NCBI GenBank assembly: GCA_964519835.1 | Contig: CAZFLD010000008.1 | Coordinates: 27,039-91,038, forward strand | Length of the DNA stretch: 64,000 nt | Source: an uncultured Spirochaetales bacterium | Lineage (GTDB): Bacteria > Spirochaetota > Spirochaetia > DSM-27196 > CAZFLD01 | Direction of reading: 5' to 3' | Shown here: positions 20,145 through 31,077 of the stretch, piece by piece | Layout: each line of letters opens with the position of its first letter | Position numbering within the stretch: position 1 is the first letter of the stretch | Position numbers and translations under genes: made by a program | The notes under the pieces: model-generated | Database searches by the model: none | Told to the model about the DNA's origin: nothing | The model's input: the letters and a program-made list of their open reading frames with translations, nothing else

Positions 20145-22107
20145 GCCCTTCGCCAAGTACGCCTTTTGCTTGGTTTTCCTGCTAGTTTCCACCGCCGCCG
20201 GTGCGCAGACGGCGGTGGATTTTTACCGTGCCGGGTCACGGGCGCTTGCCGCCGGTGACTTGCCGGAGGCCGTGGAGAACCTCCGCGAGGCCGTGCGTAT
20301 CAACAACGCCTACTTCGACGCCTACGCCGGGCTCGCCGAGGCTTACTACCTTCTCGATGAGTATGACGAGGCACTGGCGAACATCCGTGAGGCGGTTCGG
20401 CTCAGCAGAAGAAACGCGGATGTGTACGTGTTGCAGGCACGGATTCTCCTTGGGCTCGGCGACCTGCCTGGTGCTCGGGAAGCGCTGGATATCGCGCTCC
20501 GCCTTCGACCAAACGATGCGTCCGCCCGGCTCACAGAGGCGGAGATCGCCCTCGCTGAGGGGCAGGTGGATGCGGCTGAAGACCGCTTTCTCGAGGTCCT
20601 GCGGCTGAACCCGGACGGTAGACAGGCGCTTTTGTCCCTTATGATCCTCTACGACACGATGGGCCAACCGGAGAGGGCTGAGCGATATCTTGACCCGGCG
20701 CTGCGAAACTATGCGGACAGCGCTCTTGTACAGTACCTTGCCGCCACCCACTACCTCGGCTCGGGCAACGTAAACACCGCCATGCGCCACGTTCAAACAG
20801 CTGTGACGCTCGAACCCGATTATCGGGACGCGCTTCTCTTGCTCGGCGCCCTGTACTACTACCAGGAGCGTCACTCCGAGGCGGAGGCGGTCATGGACCA
20901 GCTTCTAAACCGGGACCCACAGGACATTGAGGCGTGGTACATCCGCTCGGTTTCGCAAGAGGCCCAGGGGCGCGTTGGCGACGCGATTATGGGCTACAGG
21001 CGGGCGCTCCGGGTCTCCCCGGATTTTGAGGCGGCGCGTCTTGCGATGGAGGCGGCAATCTTGGACAACCTCGATTTGGAGGACAACCGCCGCGCCGAAT
21101 CCGCCGCCTATCGGTTTGGGCGTGCCGGCCTATTCGCGGAACAGAACCTCTTCTCGCGGGCGGCCACGGAGTATCGGCGGGGCCTGCGCCTTGACCCATA
21201 CAGCACCGAGGGGCGCATGGGCTACGCGGAGCTCTATCGAACCGGTGGTCGTTTTGCGACGTTTTTGGCCCAAGCCCAGGTCATCCGGGACCTCGGCATG
21301 GAGACGATGGAGGTGGCGGATATCATCGAGATCTACGAGAGCCTGCTTTCAGACAGCGTGTCGACGGAGTGGGGGATCGACCAGTTCTCCCTGCCGCGCC
21401 GGCCGCTGGTCATCTCGCTGTTCTACGAGACTTCGGGCTTTAGTTTGGGGCTCCCTGAGTCGTCCCGTTTTTTTGCGGGCTTTGCCCACGATATGGTCCT
21501 CGGCATGGAAAACCTCGAACCCTCGGATGTGCCCCAAGCCGTTCCGGGCTACGGCCGGGCGTTTCGACAGGCGCGCGACCACAATAGCGACTACTTTGTG
21601 CTTTTTTCCTTTGAAGACCAGGACCGGTCGTTTCGGGGCCGGGCCGAGGTATACCTAACACGGACCGGCGCGGAGGTAGCCGAGTTCGTGGCCGGCAGGA
21701 GCGGCAACGACAGGGTACAAGGCGTGCTGACCACCTTGGTGGAAGAGATCGAGGCTCTGGCCCCCGTGTCGGCACAGCTTGTCGCGCGAGAGCTTGACCG
21801 CGGCGTGATTGCGCTTGGAGCCGCCGACGGCCTGGTGGAAGGCGACACGTTTCCAATCGTCGCGGAGACAGCCTACCTGCTCGCCCGCGACGGATTGAGC
21901 TTTTTGTACTCGGAAAACGACGTGCGGGGCACGTTCGAAGTGACTCGGACGGACGATCTTATCTCAGAGGGGGATATCTCCTCGACGGACTTCTTCGACA
22001 CGATTAGCATCGGAGACCTGGTGCTCGCCGGCGGCCAAGAGCCCGTCGAAACGCCCGCCGCGGGCCTCTTTCCTCCAATCTACCACCGAATTCGCGCCGT
22101 CCGCTAA
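20110..22107 (+). CDS. Secreted TPR repeat protein with a non-TPR C-terminal domain
   Basis: ATG 20110 gives MTSKKSSGKRHKPFAKYAFCLVFLLVSTAAGAQ (signal peptide). About 9 TPR-like repeats follow. The track start at 19945 would overlap corC by 200 nt and is rejected. Confidence 0.7.
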   Translation: MTSKKSSGKRHKPFAKYAFCLVFLLVSTAAGAQTAVDFYRAGSRALAAGDLPEAVENLREAVRINNAYFDAYAGLAEAYYLLDEYDEALANIREAVRLSRRNADVYVLQARILLGLGDLPGAREALDIALRLRPNDASARLTEAEIALAEGQVDAAEDRFLEVLRLNPDGRQALLSLMILYDTMGQPERAERYLDPALRNYADSALVQYLAATHYLGSGNVNTAMRHVQTAVTLEPDYRDALLLLGALYYYQERHSEAEAVMDQLLNRDPQDIEAWYIRSVSQEAQGRVGDAIMGYRRALRVSPDFEAARLAMEAAILDNLDLEDNRRAESAAYRFGRAGLFAEQNLFSRAATEYRRGLRLDPYSTEGRMGYAELYRTGGRFATFLAQAQVIRDLGMETMEVADIIEIYESLLSDSVSTEWGIDQFSLPRRPLVISLFYETSGFSLGLPESSRFFAGFAHDMVLGMENLEPSDVPQAVPGYGRAFRQARDHNSDYFVLFSFEDQDRSFRGRAEVYLTRTGAEVAEFVAGRSGNDRVQGVLTTLVEEIEALAPVSAQLVARELDRGVIALGAADGLVEGDTFPIVAETAYLLARDGLSFLYSENDVRGTFEVTRTDDLISEGDISSTDFFDTISIGDLVLAGGQEPVETPAAGLFPPIYHRIRAVR

Positions 22108-22114
22108 CGCCGTG

Positions 22115-22152
22115 CCTGGAGGGAGCCTGCCCCTCCGGGCCTGCTTTTTTTT
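22115..22152 (+). terminator. Candidate rho-independent terminator
   Basis: CCTGGAGGG (22115-22123) pairs with CCCTCCGGG (22131-22139) in a 9-bp stem with one G-U pair and a 7-nt loop. After 5 nt comes a T8 run (22145-22152). Confidence 0.45.
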
Positions 22153-22240
22153 CCCGGCGGCACTATCCGCCTCGACGGAGAAACGGCTGCCGGTGCGGCC
22201 CGGGATGCCGGACCGCCGGACTCGGTGGTGCGCGTAATCG

Positions 22241-23333
<1,093 letters not shown>

Positions 23334-23339
23334 GGTTTT

Positions 23340-24527
23340 ATGGAAGTACGTACAGTTAAAGATCTAGACATAAAAGGCCGGCGCGTGCTTGCTCGCGTCG
23401 ACTTTAATGTGCCGATAGACAACGGCGTGGTAACGGATGCCACACGTATCGAGGCGGCTCTTCCCACCATCAAATACGTGCTCGACATCGAAGGCACGTC
23501 GATTATCCTCATGAGCCACCTCGGACGCCCAAAGGGTCAGCGAAAGCCGGAGTTCAGCCTAAAACCCGTGGCATCCAAGCTCGAGGATCTCCTCGGGCGG
23601 CCCGTTACCATGGCGGACGACGTTGTCGGCCCGTCGGTAGACGATGCGGTATCCTCCATGAAGACCGGTGACATTCTCGTCTTGGAGAACACTCGTTTTC
23701 ACCCAGGCGAAGAGAAAAACGACCCGGAGCTTTCCGCCGCGCTGGCAAAGCTCGGCGACGTTTTTGTGAACGACGCCTTCGGCTCCGCGCACCGGGCACA
23801 CGCAAGCACCGAGGGTATCGCACATCACCTGCCTTCCGCGGCGGGCTTTCTTATCGAGAAAGAGGTTACCTTTTTCGACAAGGTTGTAGAGAAACCGGAA
23901 AAACCGGTCGTAGCCGTCATCGGTGGCGCCAAGGTAAGCAGCAAGATTGCCGTCTTGGAGTCGCTTATCCCCAAATGCGCAAGCCTTATCATCGGCGGAG
24001 GCATGGCATACACCTTCCTAAAGGCGATGGGAAAGCAGATCGGGAAGTCGCTCATCGAAGAGGATTACATCGACACCGCGAAAAGCCTTATCGAAGCGGC
24101 GGACAAAGCGGGTGTCGACATTATCCTGCCGCAGGACCACGTGTGCGCGACGGAGTTTTCAGCTGATGCCAAGCCCCAAAACGTCGACACGGAGGACATT
24201 CCCGACGGCCTTATCGCGATGGATGTCGGTCCCAAGACCATTGACGCCTGTAGGACGGCACTCGCAGGCGCAAAGACCATCGTGTGGAACGGTCCGCTGG
24301 GTGTATTCGAGTTCGACGCCTTTGCAACGGGCACGCTGGAAGTTGCTCGAATGGTTGCCGATTGCGCCGGCACAACGGTCGTCGGTGGGGGTGATTCCGT
24401 CGCCGCGGTAAACAAGTTCGGCCTGGCGGAGAAAATCGACCATGTGTCCACCGGCGGCGGCGCATCCTTGGAATACCTCGAGGGCAAGGTCCTCCCGGGA
24501 ATCAAGGCGCTGCAAAAGGACGGCTAA
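23340..24527 (+). CDS. pgk: Phosphoglycerate kinase
   Basis: RVDFNVP, SHLGRPKG, and GGGDSVAAV ... STGGGASLEYLEG. Confidence 0.96.
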   Translation: MEVRTVKDLDIKGRRVLARVDFNVPIDNGVVTDATRIEAALPTIKYVLDIEGTSIILMSHLGRPKGQRKPEFSLKPVASKLEDLLGRPVTMADDVVGPSVDDAVSSMKTGDILVLENTRFHPGEEKNDPELSAALAKLGDVFVNDAFGSAHRAHASTEGIAHHLPSAAGFLIEKEVTFFDKVVEKPEKPVVAVIGGAKVSSKIAVLESLIPKCASLIIGGGMAYTFLKAMGKQIGKSLIEEDYIDTAKSLIEAADKAGVDIILPQDHVCATEFSADAKPQNVDTEDIPDGLIAMDVGPKTIDACRTALAGAKTIVWNGPLGVFEFDAFATGTLEVARMVADCAGTTVVGGGDSVAAVNKFGLAEKIDHVSTGGGASLEYLEGKVLPGIKALQKDG

Positions 24528-24533
24528 AAGTTT

Positions 24534-25274
<741 letters not shown>

Positions 25275-25305
25275 CAAATCCTAAGTCGGACTTGGAGAAC
25301 TCAGA

Positions 25306-25818
25306 ATGGGCTTTTTGACCATACTCCTTATCATCATTTTCGCGGCAAGTGCGCTTCTGCTTATAGGCCTGGTCATGCTTCAGGACGAAGGTGGAGACGG
25401 CCTCGGAGGCATCTTCGGCGGCGGAGGCGCAACACAGGTCGGTAACCGATCCGGAAACATCCTCACCAAGACAACCTCCATACTCGGCGCGATATTTCTC
25501 ACAAGCTCCTTTTTCCTCGCATTCCTAAACCGAACGCCGGACGCCGGTGATATTGTCTCCGCGGCGGCTCGCCTCGACAGCTCGGAAGAGGTCGTCGAAT
25601 GGTGGGATGTTGATGAGGAGGCGGATCCCGACACCGACTTACAACTTCCGGGCGGGCTTCTCGAGAGCCTGGAAGGTGAAGCGGAAGCCGGAGAGCTGGA
25701 TATCGACACTCTCGGCGAGCCTGCGGGCGACGACGGCCAAGGCGACGCCGGTACCGAGCCCGGTACCGAGCCCGGTGGTGAGCCCGGTGCTCAGACCGAG
25801 GGAGCCGCGGCTGAGTAG
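25306..25818 (+). CDS. secG: Preprotein translocase subunit SecG with a long acidic C-terminal tail
   Basis: The first ~75 aa are a typical SecG (two TM helices flanking a Gly-rich GGDGLGGIFGGGGATQ loop). The remaining ~95 aa are an acidic low-complexity extension. Confidence 0.85.
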   Translation: MGFLTILLIIIFAASALLLIGLVMLQDEGGDGLGGIFGGGGATQVGNRSGNILTKTTSILGAIFLTSSFFLAFLNRTPDAGDIVSAAARLDSSEEVVEWWDVDEEADPDTDLQLPGGLLESLEGEAEAGELDIDTLGEPAGDDGQGDAGTEPGTEPGGEPGAQTEGAAAE

Positions 25819-25825
25819 ATCCTGG

Positions 25826-25853
25826 CGAGCCTACAACCTCGAGCCTACAACCT
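25826..25853. repeat. Perfect 14-nt tandem duplication (CGAGCCTACAACCT x2)
   Basis: Copies at 25826-25839 and 25840-25853, between the secG stop and the GGGGGAG Shine-Dalgarno of the next gene. Confidence 0.9.
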
Positions 25854-25861
25854 AGGGGGAG

Positions 25862-26287
25862 ATGAGGATGCGAGTAGCGATAGTGTTTATAGCGCAGAAA
25901 TACAGAGACAAGCTTCTCGCCATCTCAAAGGGTCTGCAGAAGGGAATCGAGGGTCTCGGTCACAAGGTGGACATCATCGACGGTGGTCGTGATGTAAGCA
26001 CAAAACTGTCCATCTACGAGTATATCTGTGTCGGCTCCGAATCTACGTCCATAATCGGCGGGAAGATCCCGGCAAAGGTCTCTGAATACTTGGGGCAGGC
26101 GGGAATGATCTCCGGCAAACGGTCGTTTGCGTTTGTGGTCCGCAAGGGATTCTCTCGCGAAAAGGCGATGAGAAGGCTCATGAAGGCCATGGAAGGCGAG
26201 GGAATGTATCTCAAGTTCTCGTACGAGCTCGCCTCGCCGGAGGAAGCGGAGATAATCGGAAGTCGCCTAAACATCAGCAAGGGATAG
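25862..26287 (+). CDS. Hypothetical protein (flavodoxin-like alternating beta/alpha pattern)
   Basis: A 141-aa ORF preceded by GGGGGAG. MRVAIVFIA...VDIIDGG...YICVGSES suggests a Rossmann/flavodoxin-like fold. I recognise no family. Confidence 0.5.
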   Translation: MRMRVAIVFIAQKYRDKLLAISKGLQKGIEGLGHKVDIIDGGRDVSTKLSIYEYICVGSESTSIIGGKIPAKVSEYLGQAGMISGKRSFAFVVRKGFSREKAMRRLMKAMEGEGMYLKFSYELASPEEAEIIGSRLNISKG

Positions 26288-26319
26288 GGCCCAAGACAAG
26301 AACAGGCCGAGGACTACGA

Positions 26320-27111
26320 TTGAAAGACTACTACGAGATCCTCGAAGTCGATACCGAGTCGACTCCGGAGCAGATTAAGCGCGCGTTCCGGAAAAAAGCA
26401 AAAGAGCTGCATCCCGACCTAAGTCACGCCGGGTCGTACTCCGCGGAAAAACTCCACCTCCTCATTCAAGCATATGAGACTCTCAGCGACGCCAGGAGGC
26501 GGGAGGAGTATGACAGAACCTTTTGTATCGTGCCGAGCGGTCTGCGCTTCGACTACCGGGAGTTTCTAAAAGAGAGACCGGATGACTTGGGCAGGCAGTC
26601 GCGACTGATATTCTACGACCTGCTTCACAGCAACTCCGACGACGCAATTAGCCTGTATGAGGCGCTGTCTATGCAGTGGGAGTTTGATCTTTCCACGCAC
26701 CTCGACCGCGAGGACTATATGGACTGCGCGTTTTTGCTCGCGGAAGCCCTGGAAGAACGCGAGGAGTACGTCAAAGCATATCGCCTCTACCGATCGGTCA
26801 TTTCATTTGAGATGGAAAAGCCGTATTTTCGGCACTTTTTCGAAGAGGTCACGGAACGGCTGCGAACACTTGTCTGTTTTAAGATGCCGGAGAGCGTGTC
26901 CAACGAAATCATCCTCCAGTGCCTCAACGAGCTGGTCGTTTTTGATTTCTCCCGGAAAGACACGGCCTTTTACCTCAAAAAGGCTGCCGAAATCTATACG
27001 GACAGAGGCCAGTTCGACGTGGCGGCGCACTACTTGCAACGCGGGTTGGAGCTCGATAGTAAGCTCTCCGGTGTTAAGAAGTTAAAAACTAAGATCGGGT
27101 TTCCGGACTGA
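26320..27111 (+). CDS. J-domain protein (DnaJ N-terminal domain only) with a helical C-terminal region
   Basis: DYYEILEVDTESTPEQIKRAFRKKAKELHPDL contains the HPD motif. It has no Gly/Phe or zinc-finger region. TTG start. Confidence 0.8.
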   Translation: MKDYYEILEVDTESTPEQIKRAFRKKAKELHPDLSHAGSYSAEKLHLLIQAYETLSDARRREEYDRTFCIVPSGLRFDYREFLKERPDDLGRQSRLIFYDLLHSNSDDAISLYEALSMQWEFDLSTHLDREDYMDCAFLLAEALEEREEYVKAYRLYRSVISFEMEKPYFRHFFEEVTERLRTLVCFKMPESVSNEIILQCLNELVVFDFSRKDTAFYLKKAAEIYTDRGQFDVAAHYLQRGLELDSKLSGVKKLKTKIGFPD

Positions 27112-27128
27112 GGACCATTTTGGCACCG

Positions 27129-27137
27129 TGCTATAGT
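27129..27137 (+). promoter_or_regulatory. Candidate extended -10 promoter element
   Basis: TGcTATAGT (27129-27137) with only a poor -35. AGGA lies 6 nt before ATG 27160. Confidence 0.3.
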
Positions 27138-27159
27138 TAGGACCACTACAGGATTTTTG

Positions 27160-28227
27160 ATGATGACAAGACATAGAACACAAGACAAACAACACCTCCT
27201 CTTGATTTTTGCGCCGCTTTTTCTTTTGGCGGCCGGCTCCGGAGTCTCTGCGCAGATCATCGATATGCCGCTGGCCACCGTAGACCTAACCGGCACGGAC
27301 GTATTGACACAGCGCACCATCTCGGAGTCCGTAAACATCCTCGAACGTACGGTCGGCCGAGAGCTCACGGCCGACGAGAAGAACCAGGTGCTCCAGAGTG
27401 AGATCAACGCGCTCTTGGTCAACCAGGCCGCGGAGGCGGCGGGTATCTCCGTTACTGCCCAGGAGGTGGACGCAGCCATAGAGCAGCAGCGCCTGCAGAT
27501 CGGCGCACAGATCTCCGAGGAACGGTTTCGCCAGGAGATACAAAACCAGACGGGCCTCACCTGGAATCAGTACCGGGCGCAGGTTCGGGAGCAGTTGGTC
27601 CACAACAGGTACGTGCTGCAGGAGAAGGGCGCGCAGATCCAAGGTGTTGACCAACCCACCCAGCAAGAGATCCGGAGTGTATACGAGGAAAACGCCACAA
27701 GCTTCTCGAATCCGGCGATGATCCGTTTTGATCACTTGTTTTTCGATACCAGACAGTCCGACGCTGCGGAAACGCGGGCGGCAAGAACCAAGGCCGAGCA
27801 GCTAAATCGCCGCATAGAGAGTGGTTCAGCCACATTCGATACCATCATGCGAGAGGCTCTCGATGATCCCAGCTACGCCGGAGGTGATTTTGGCTATCTC
27901 GTGCGCGGGGATCAAGCCCGGCGGCAGCTTCTCGGAACAGAGTTCTTCGAGGAAATGTTTACCCTGGAAGACGGCGAAGTGTCGGGAGTCCATGAGTCTA
28001 GTTTGGGCTTTCACATAGTTCGCGTAACGGACAAGCGGTCCGCACGCCTCCTCGGCTTGGACGATCCTATCTTGCCCGGAAACAATATGACCGTCCGGGA
28101 CCAGATCCGGCAGTACATTCTCGGACAACGGCAGCAAGTGGCGCAGCAATCGGCTATTGCCGAGCTGGTTTCGGAGCTCCGGGAACAAGCCGATATCACC
28201 GTCTACGAGGACAACCTCCCCTGGTAG
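27160..28227 (+). CDS. Periplasmic PpiC-type peptidyl-prolyl isomerase (SurA/PrsA-like chaperone)
   Basis: Signal peptide (LLLIFAPLFLLAAGSGVSAQ), a SurA-N-like helical region and a parvulin domain (GGDFGYLVRG ... GFHIVRV). Confidence 0.8.
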   Translation: MMTRHRTQDKQHLLLIFAPLFLLAAGSGVSAQIIDMPLATVDLTGTDVLTQRTISESVNILERTVGRELTADEKNQVLQSEINALLVNQAAEAAGISVTAQEVDAAIEQQRLQIGAQISEERFRQEIQNQTGLTWNQYRAQVREQLVHNRYVLQEKGAQIQGVDQPTQQEIRSVYEENATSFSNPAMIRFDHLFFDTRQSDAAETRAARTKAEQLNRRIESGSATFDTIMREALDDPSYAGGDFGYLVRGDQARRQLLGTEFFEEMFTLEDGEVSGVHESSLGFHIVRVTDKRSARLLGLDDPILPGNNMTVRDQIRQYILGQRQQVAQQSAIAELVSELREQADITVYEDNLPW

Positions 28228-28234
28228 TGGAACC

Positions 28235-28645
28235 GTGGCTTCCCGGCGTCGTGGCCGAGTACTAGCCTTTCAGGCGGTTTACGCTTGGGAGCTAAGCGCA
28301 ACAGACCAATCCTCGCGCTTTGATTGGATAACCACGCCTCGGACCGACGAGGAGATGGCATTCCCGCGTTTGCTGGCTGCGGGCACAATCGAAAACATCG
28401 GTCGGGTCGATGACGTCATTCGAGAAGCGCTCGAGCACTGGGATATATCTCGTCTTGCGAAGGTAGACCTCGCTCTTCTCCGGACCTCCGTCTATGCTCT
28501 GCTCTACCGCGAAGACATCCCCGCCCGAGTGACCATCGATGAGGCCGTCGAGATAGCAAAAGAGTTCGGCTCGGCGGATTCATACCGTTTTGTGAACGGC
28601 GTGTTGGATTCTATTCGACAAAAACACTGTGGCAAACGGCCGTGA
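28235..28645 (+). CDS. nusB: Transcription antitermination factor NusB
   Basis: GTG 28235 gives MASRRRGRVLAFQAVYAWEL. The C-terminal part reads DIPARVTIDEAVEIAKEFGSADSYRFVNGVLD. The track start at 28157 overlaps the upstream gene. Confidence 0.9.
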   Translation: MASRRRGRVLAFQAVYAWELSATDQSSRFDWITTPRTDEEMAFPRLLAAGTIENIGRVDDVIREALEHWDISRLAKVDLALLRTSVYALLYREDIPARVTIDEAVEIAKEFGSADSYRFVNGVLDSIRQKHCGKRP

Positions 28646-30219
28646 ACAAACACATTTTGCGCCGCCTCGCGCTGCCCGTCGGGGTGGTATTGGCCGCAAC
28701 CACCGTCGTAATCATCTGGGCCGGTATCTCGAGGATCCGGTCCGAGGCGGCCTTTGTGGGCGGCTTTGATCGCGTCGATGCGCTTATTGCCGACGGTCGC
28801 ATTGATGATGCGGTAAACGCCCTCGTGCCCATGCGGGCGGCCGCGCGGACCCGCTCACGCCTGCTATCGCTCCTCAAGCGCTATCAGTTGATCAGGGCGA
28901 TGGGGGCTCCGGGAGCAGATGACGCGTTTGCCTCCTTTGCCGCAGAGGCGGCCGACAGGCTCCCGGGTAGCCCTGAGCTCGCGGCCGTGGCGGCGTATGC
29001 GTCGATAGACCGCCCGGAGACTGCCGCTCGCTTCGCAGAACGTATTACCGGCGACCAGCTCGAGCCGGTAAAGGCGTGGGCCTACCTCCGCGCCGGGCGT
29101 GCCGACCAGCTGGAAGGGCTGGAAAACCCCGTAGCGATTGTTGCCCGCCTTGCCGCGGCCGATGAGGCAAGCGCGGACGATTTTGCCGCTGCTTACGGCC
29201 GCACGGGGGATACGCGTCTGGGGGTGGACGCCGCGCTACTTGCGGCCACCGACGGAGACTTTCGGCGCGCAGTCGCCCTATTGCCGGAAGAGGCCGAGAC
29301 GTCTTTGCGGGTTCGGCTTCTCAGGGAAGCGGGAATCGTTGAGGAGGCCCGGCAAATCCTTGCTACGCGACAGGTCCTCGACACGTCGGATCTTGCCCTT
29401 TGGGCGGACCTTGCGCTTCTTTCCGGGCGAATCGGCGAGGCCTCTCGTTTGTACCAGGACATCATCGACATCGCACCGGAGGCGTATCCCCAAGCGTACG
29501 CAAACCTGGCCCGATTGCAGGGAACCGGCGGTGAGGAGACTCTGCGCGCCGGCGTGGCCCTGTTTCCAGGCAACCACATCCTTTTAGAGGAGCTGGGGCG
29601 GCTTTTGGCCGCTCGCGGCCAAACGGTGGAGGCATTGGCCTTGGTTGCGGAGGTGGAGGAAGTCGGCCCGGAGCCGCGGCTGGCCCTCCTTTCCCTCGAT
29701 CTGTCGTCTCCGTCCGGGACTCTCCGCGAACGACGGCTCAGGGAACTCTTGGCCCTCTACCCGGAGAGCAGCCTGGTGGCCGAGCGCCTTATGGCTCACT
29801 ACTACATCCAAGACGACGTCCGGATCGACCGGCTCATCGAACGCTTTTCCCATACCGCCGCGGCGCACACATTCAGCGGGCTTCGCAGCGTTGACGCCGG
29901 CGGACGCGAAGCGGCCAACACAGCATTCGAGAGGGCGTGGGAGCTCGGACCTGCGTGGTACACCGGCTTCAACCGTGGCCTGAGCCTCGGGCTGACCGGC
30001 AACCTCGCGGAGGCGGAACACGCGTTGCGGTCCGCGTCGCTCTTTACTCAAGATGAGTCGGATCAAATCCGTCTGTCGGCCTATCAAATGCGCTTTCTTA
30101 TCGCTTTGGGGCGCCTCGAACGGGCGGCGGCCGTGTATCAAAGGGCACAAAACTTACGACCGGGGGATCCACTTGTTGTGGCTATGCGTCGTGAGCTTGA
30201 TGCGGCGGGACGGCAATGA
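28642..30219 (+). CDS. Membrane-anchored TPR-like repeat protein
   Basis: GTGA overlap with nusB. One N-terminal TM helix (LALPVGVVLAATTVVIIWAG) followed by Ala/Leu-rich helical repeats. Confidence 0.6.
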   Translation: MNKHILRRLALPVGVVLAATTVVIIWAGISRIRSEAAFVGGFDRVDALIADGRIDDAVNALVPMRAAARTRSRLLSLLKRYQLIRAMGAPGADDAFASFAAEAADRLPGSPELAAVAAYASIDRPETAARFAERITGDQLEPVKAWAYLRAGRADQLEGLENPVAIVARLAAADEASADDFAAAYGRTGDTRLGVDAALLAATDGDFRRAVALLPEEAETSLRVRLLREAGIVEEARQILATRQVLDTSDLALWADLALLSGRIGEASRLYQDIIDIAPEAYPQAYANLARLQGTGGEETLRAGVALFPGNHILLEELGRLLAARGQTVEALALVAEVEEVGPEPRLALLSLDLSSPSGTLRERRLRELLALYPESSLVAERLMAHYYIQDDVRIDRLIERFSHTAAAHTFSGLRSVDAGGREAANTAFERAWELGPAWYTGFNRGLSLGLTGNLAEAEHALRSASLFTQDESDQIRLSAYQMRFLIALGRLERAAAVYQRAQNLRPGDPLVVAMRRELDAAGRQ

Positions 30220-30260
30220 TATTTTCCGGCGAGACAGAGATTAAACGAGAGAGACTAAAA

Positions 30261-31013
30261 ATGATTCAACTCAAGACGGCGCGACAGCTCGACGGTATTA
30301 GAACGTCGTGCAAGCTTCTCATAGAAACCTTCCACGTTGTTGAACCGTTGATCCAGGTCGGCGTCAGCACTCAAGAGGTCGATGCTAAGGTCCATGACTT
30401 TATCACCACGCATGGCGGTCGGCCGTCGTTTCTCGGCTACAACGGTTTCCCCGCGTCGATCTGCGCCTCGGTAAACGAGACTGTTATTCACGGCATCCCC
30501 GACGACAAGCCCCTCAGAGAAGGCGATATCGTCGGCATCGATATCGGCATCGATCTTGACGGTTACTTCAGCGACTCGGCGGTTACCTACACGGTGGGAA
30601 GCGTGGATACACACATACGCGACCTTATGACCGCAACAAAAGAAAGCCTTTTTCTCGGCATAGAGCAGGCGAGGGCGGGCAATCGCATCAAAGACATCTC
30701 CGTCGCGGTGTACCAGCACACAAAAAACAAAGGGTACGGGGTGGTTCGTCCGTATTGCGGCCACGGCGTCGGCCTCGCAATTCACGAGGATCCACAAGTG
30801 CCGAACTACGTCGGCCGAGGGCCCAACCCTCGCCTCAAGCCGGGCATGGTTCTGGCCATCGAGCCAATGATCAACCTCGGCGGTGACGATGTGTACGTGT
30901 TGGATGATGATTGGACGGTGGTCACCGCGGACCACTCCATTTCCGCGCATTTCGAGCACACGGTGGCTATTTTAGAGGATCAAACGGAAATCCTGACTCT
31001 TGCCCCTTCGTGA
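30261..31013 (+). CDS. map: Type I methionine aminopeptidase
   Basis: MIQLKTARQLDGIR, and metal ligands in the contexts DIVGIDIG, GHGVG and LAIEPM. Confidence 0.95.
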   Translation: MIQLKTARQLDGIRTSCKLLIETFHVVEPLIQVGVSTQEVDAKVHDFITTHGGRPSFLGYNGFPASICASVNETVIHGIPDDKPLREGDIVGIDIGIDLDGYFSDSAVTYTVGSVDTHIRDLMTATKESLFLGIEQARAGNRIKDISVAVYQHTKNKGYGVVRPYCGHGVGLAIHEDPQVPNYVGRGPNPRLKPGMVLAIEPMINLGGDDVYVLDDDWTVVTADHSISAHFEHTVAILEDQTEILTLAPS

Positions 31014-31077
31014 CGAAGGTCCTCCCTTCCGATATATTAAGAGTACCCCTCGCCGTCTAGGAGGCAGTAGCCAAGTT

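Noticed and set aside
19308-20192. A 294-aa ORF on the minus strand exactly opposite corC. Similar long antisense ORFs occur at 10035-11213, 30255-30959, 32553-33128, 7573-8124 and 4700-5386.
   Set aside because: In GC-rich DNA the antisense frames of real genes are commonly stop-free. The sense-strand products carry unmistakable conserved motifs (CBS/CorC, AtpK, MetAP, PRTase, AtpD, AtpA). The antisense translations are low-complexity and motif-free.
27121-27137. TGGCAC, resembling the -24 element of a sigma54 promoter, upstream of the SurA-like gene.
   Set aside because: The obligatory GC of the -12 element is not at the required GG-N10-GC spacing. The same bases fit an extended -10 (TGcTATAGT) better.
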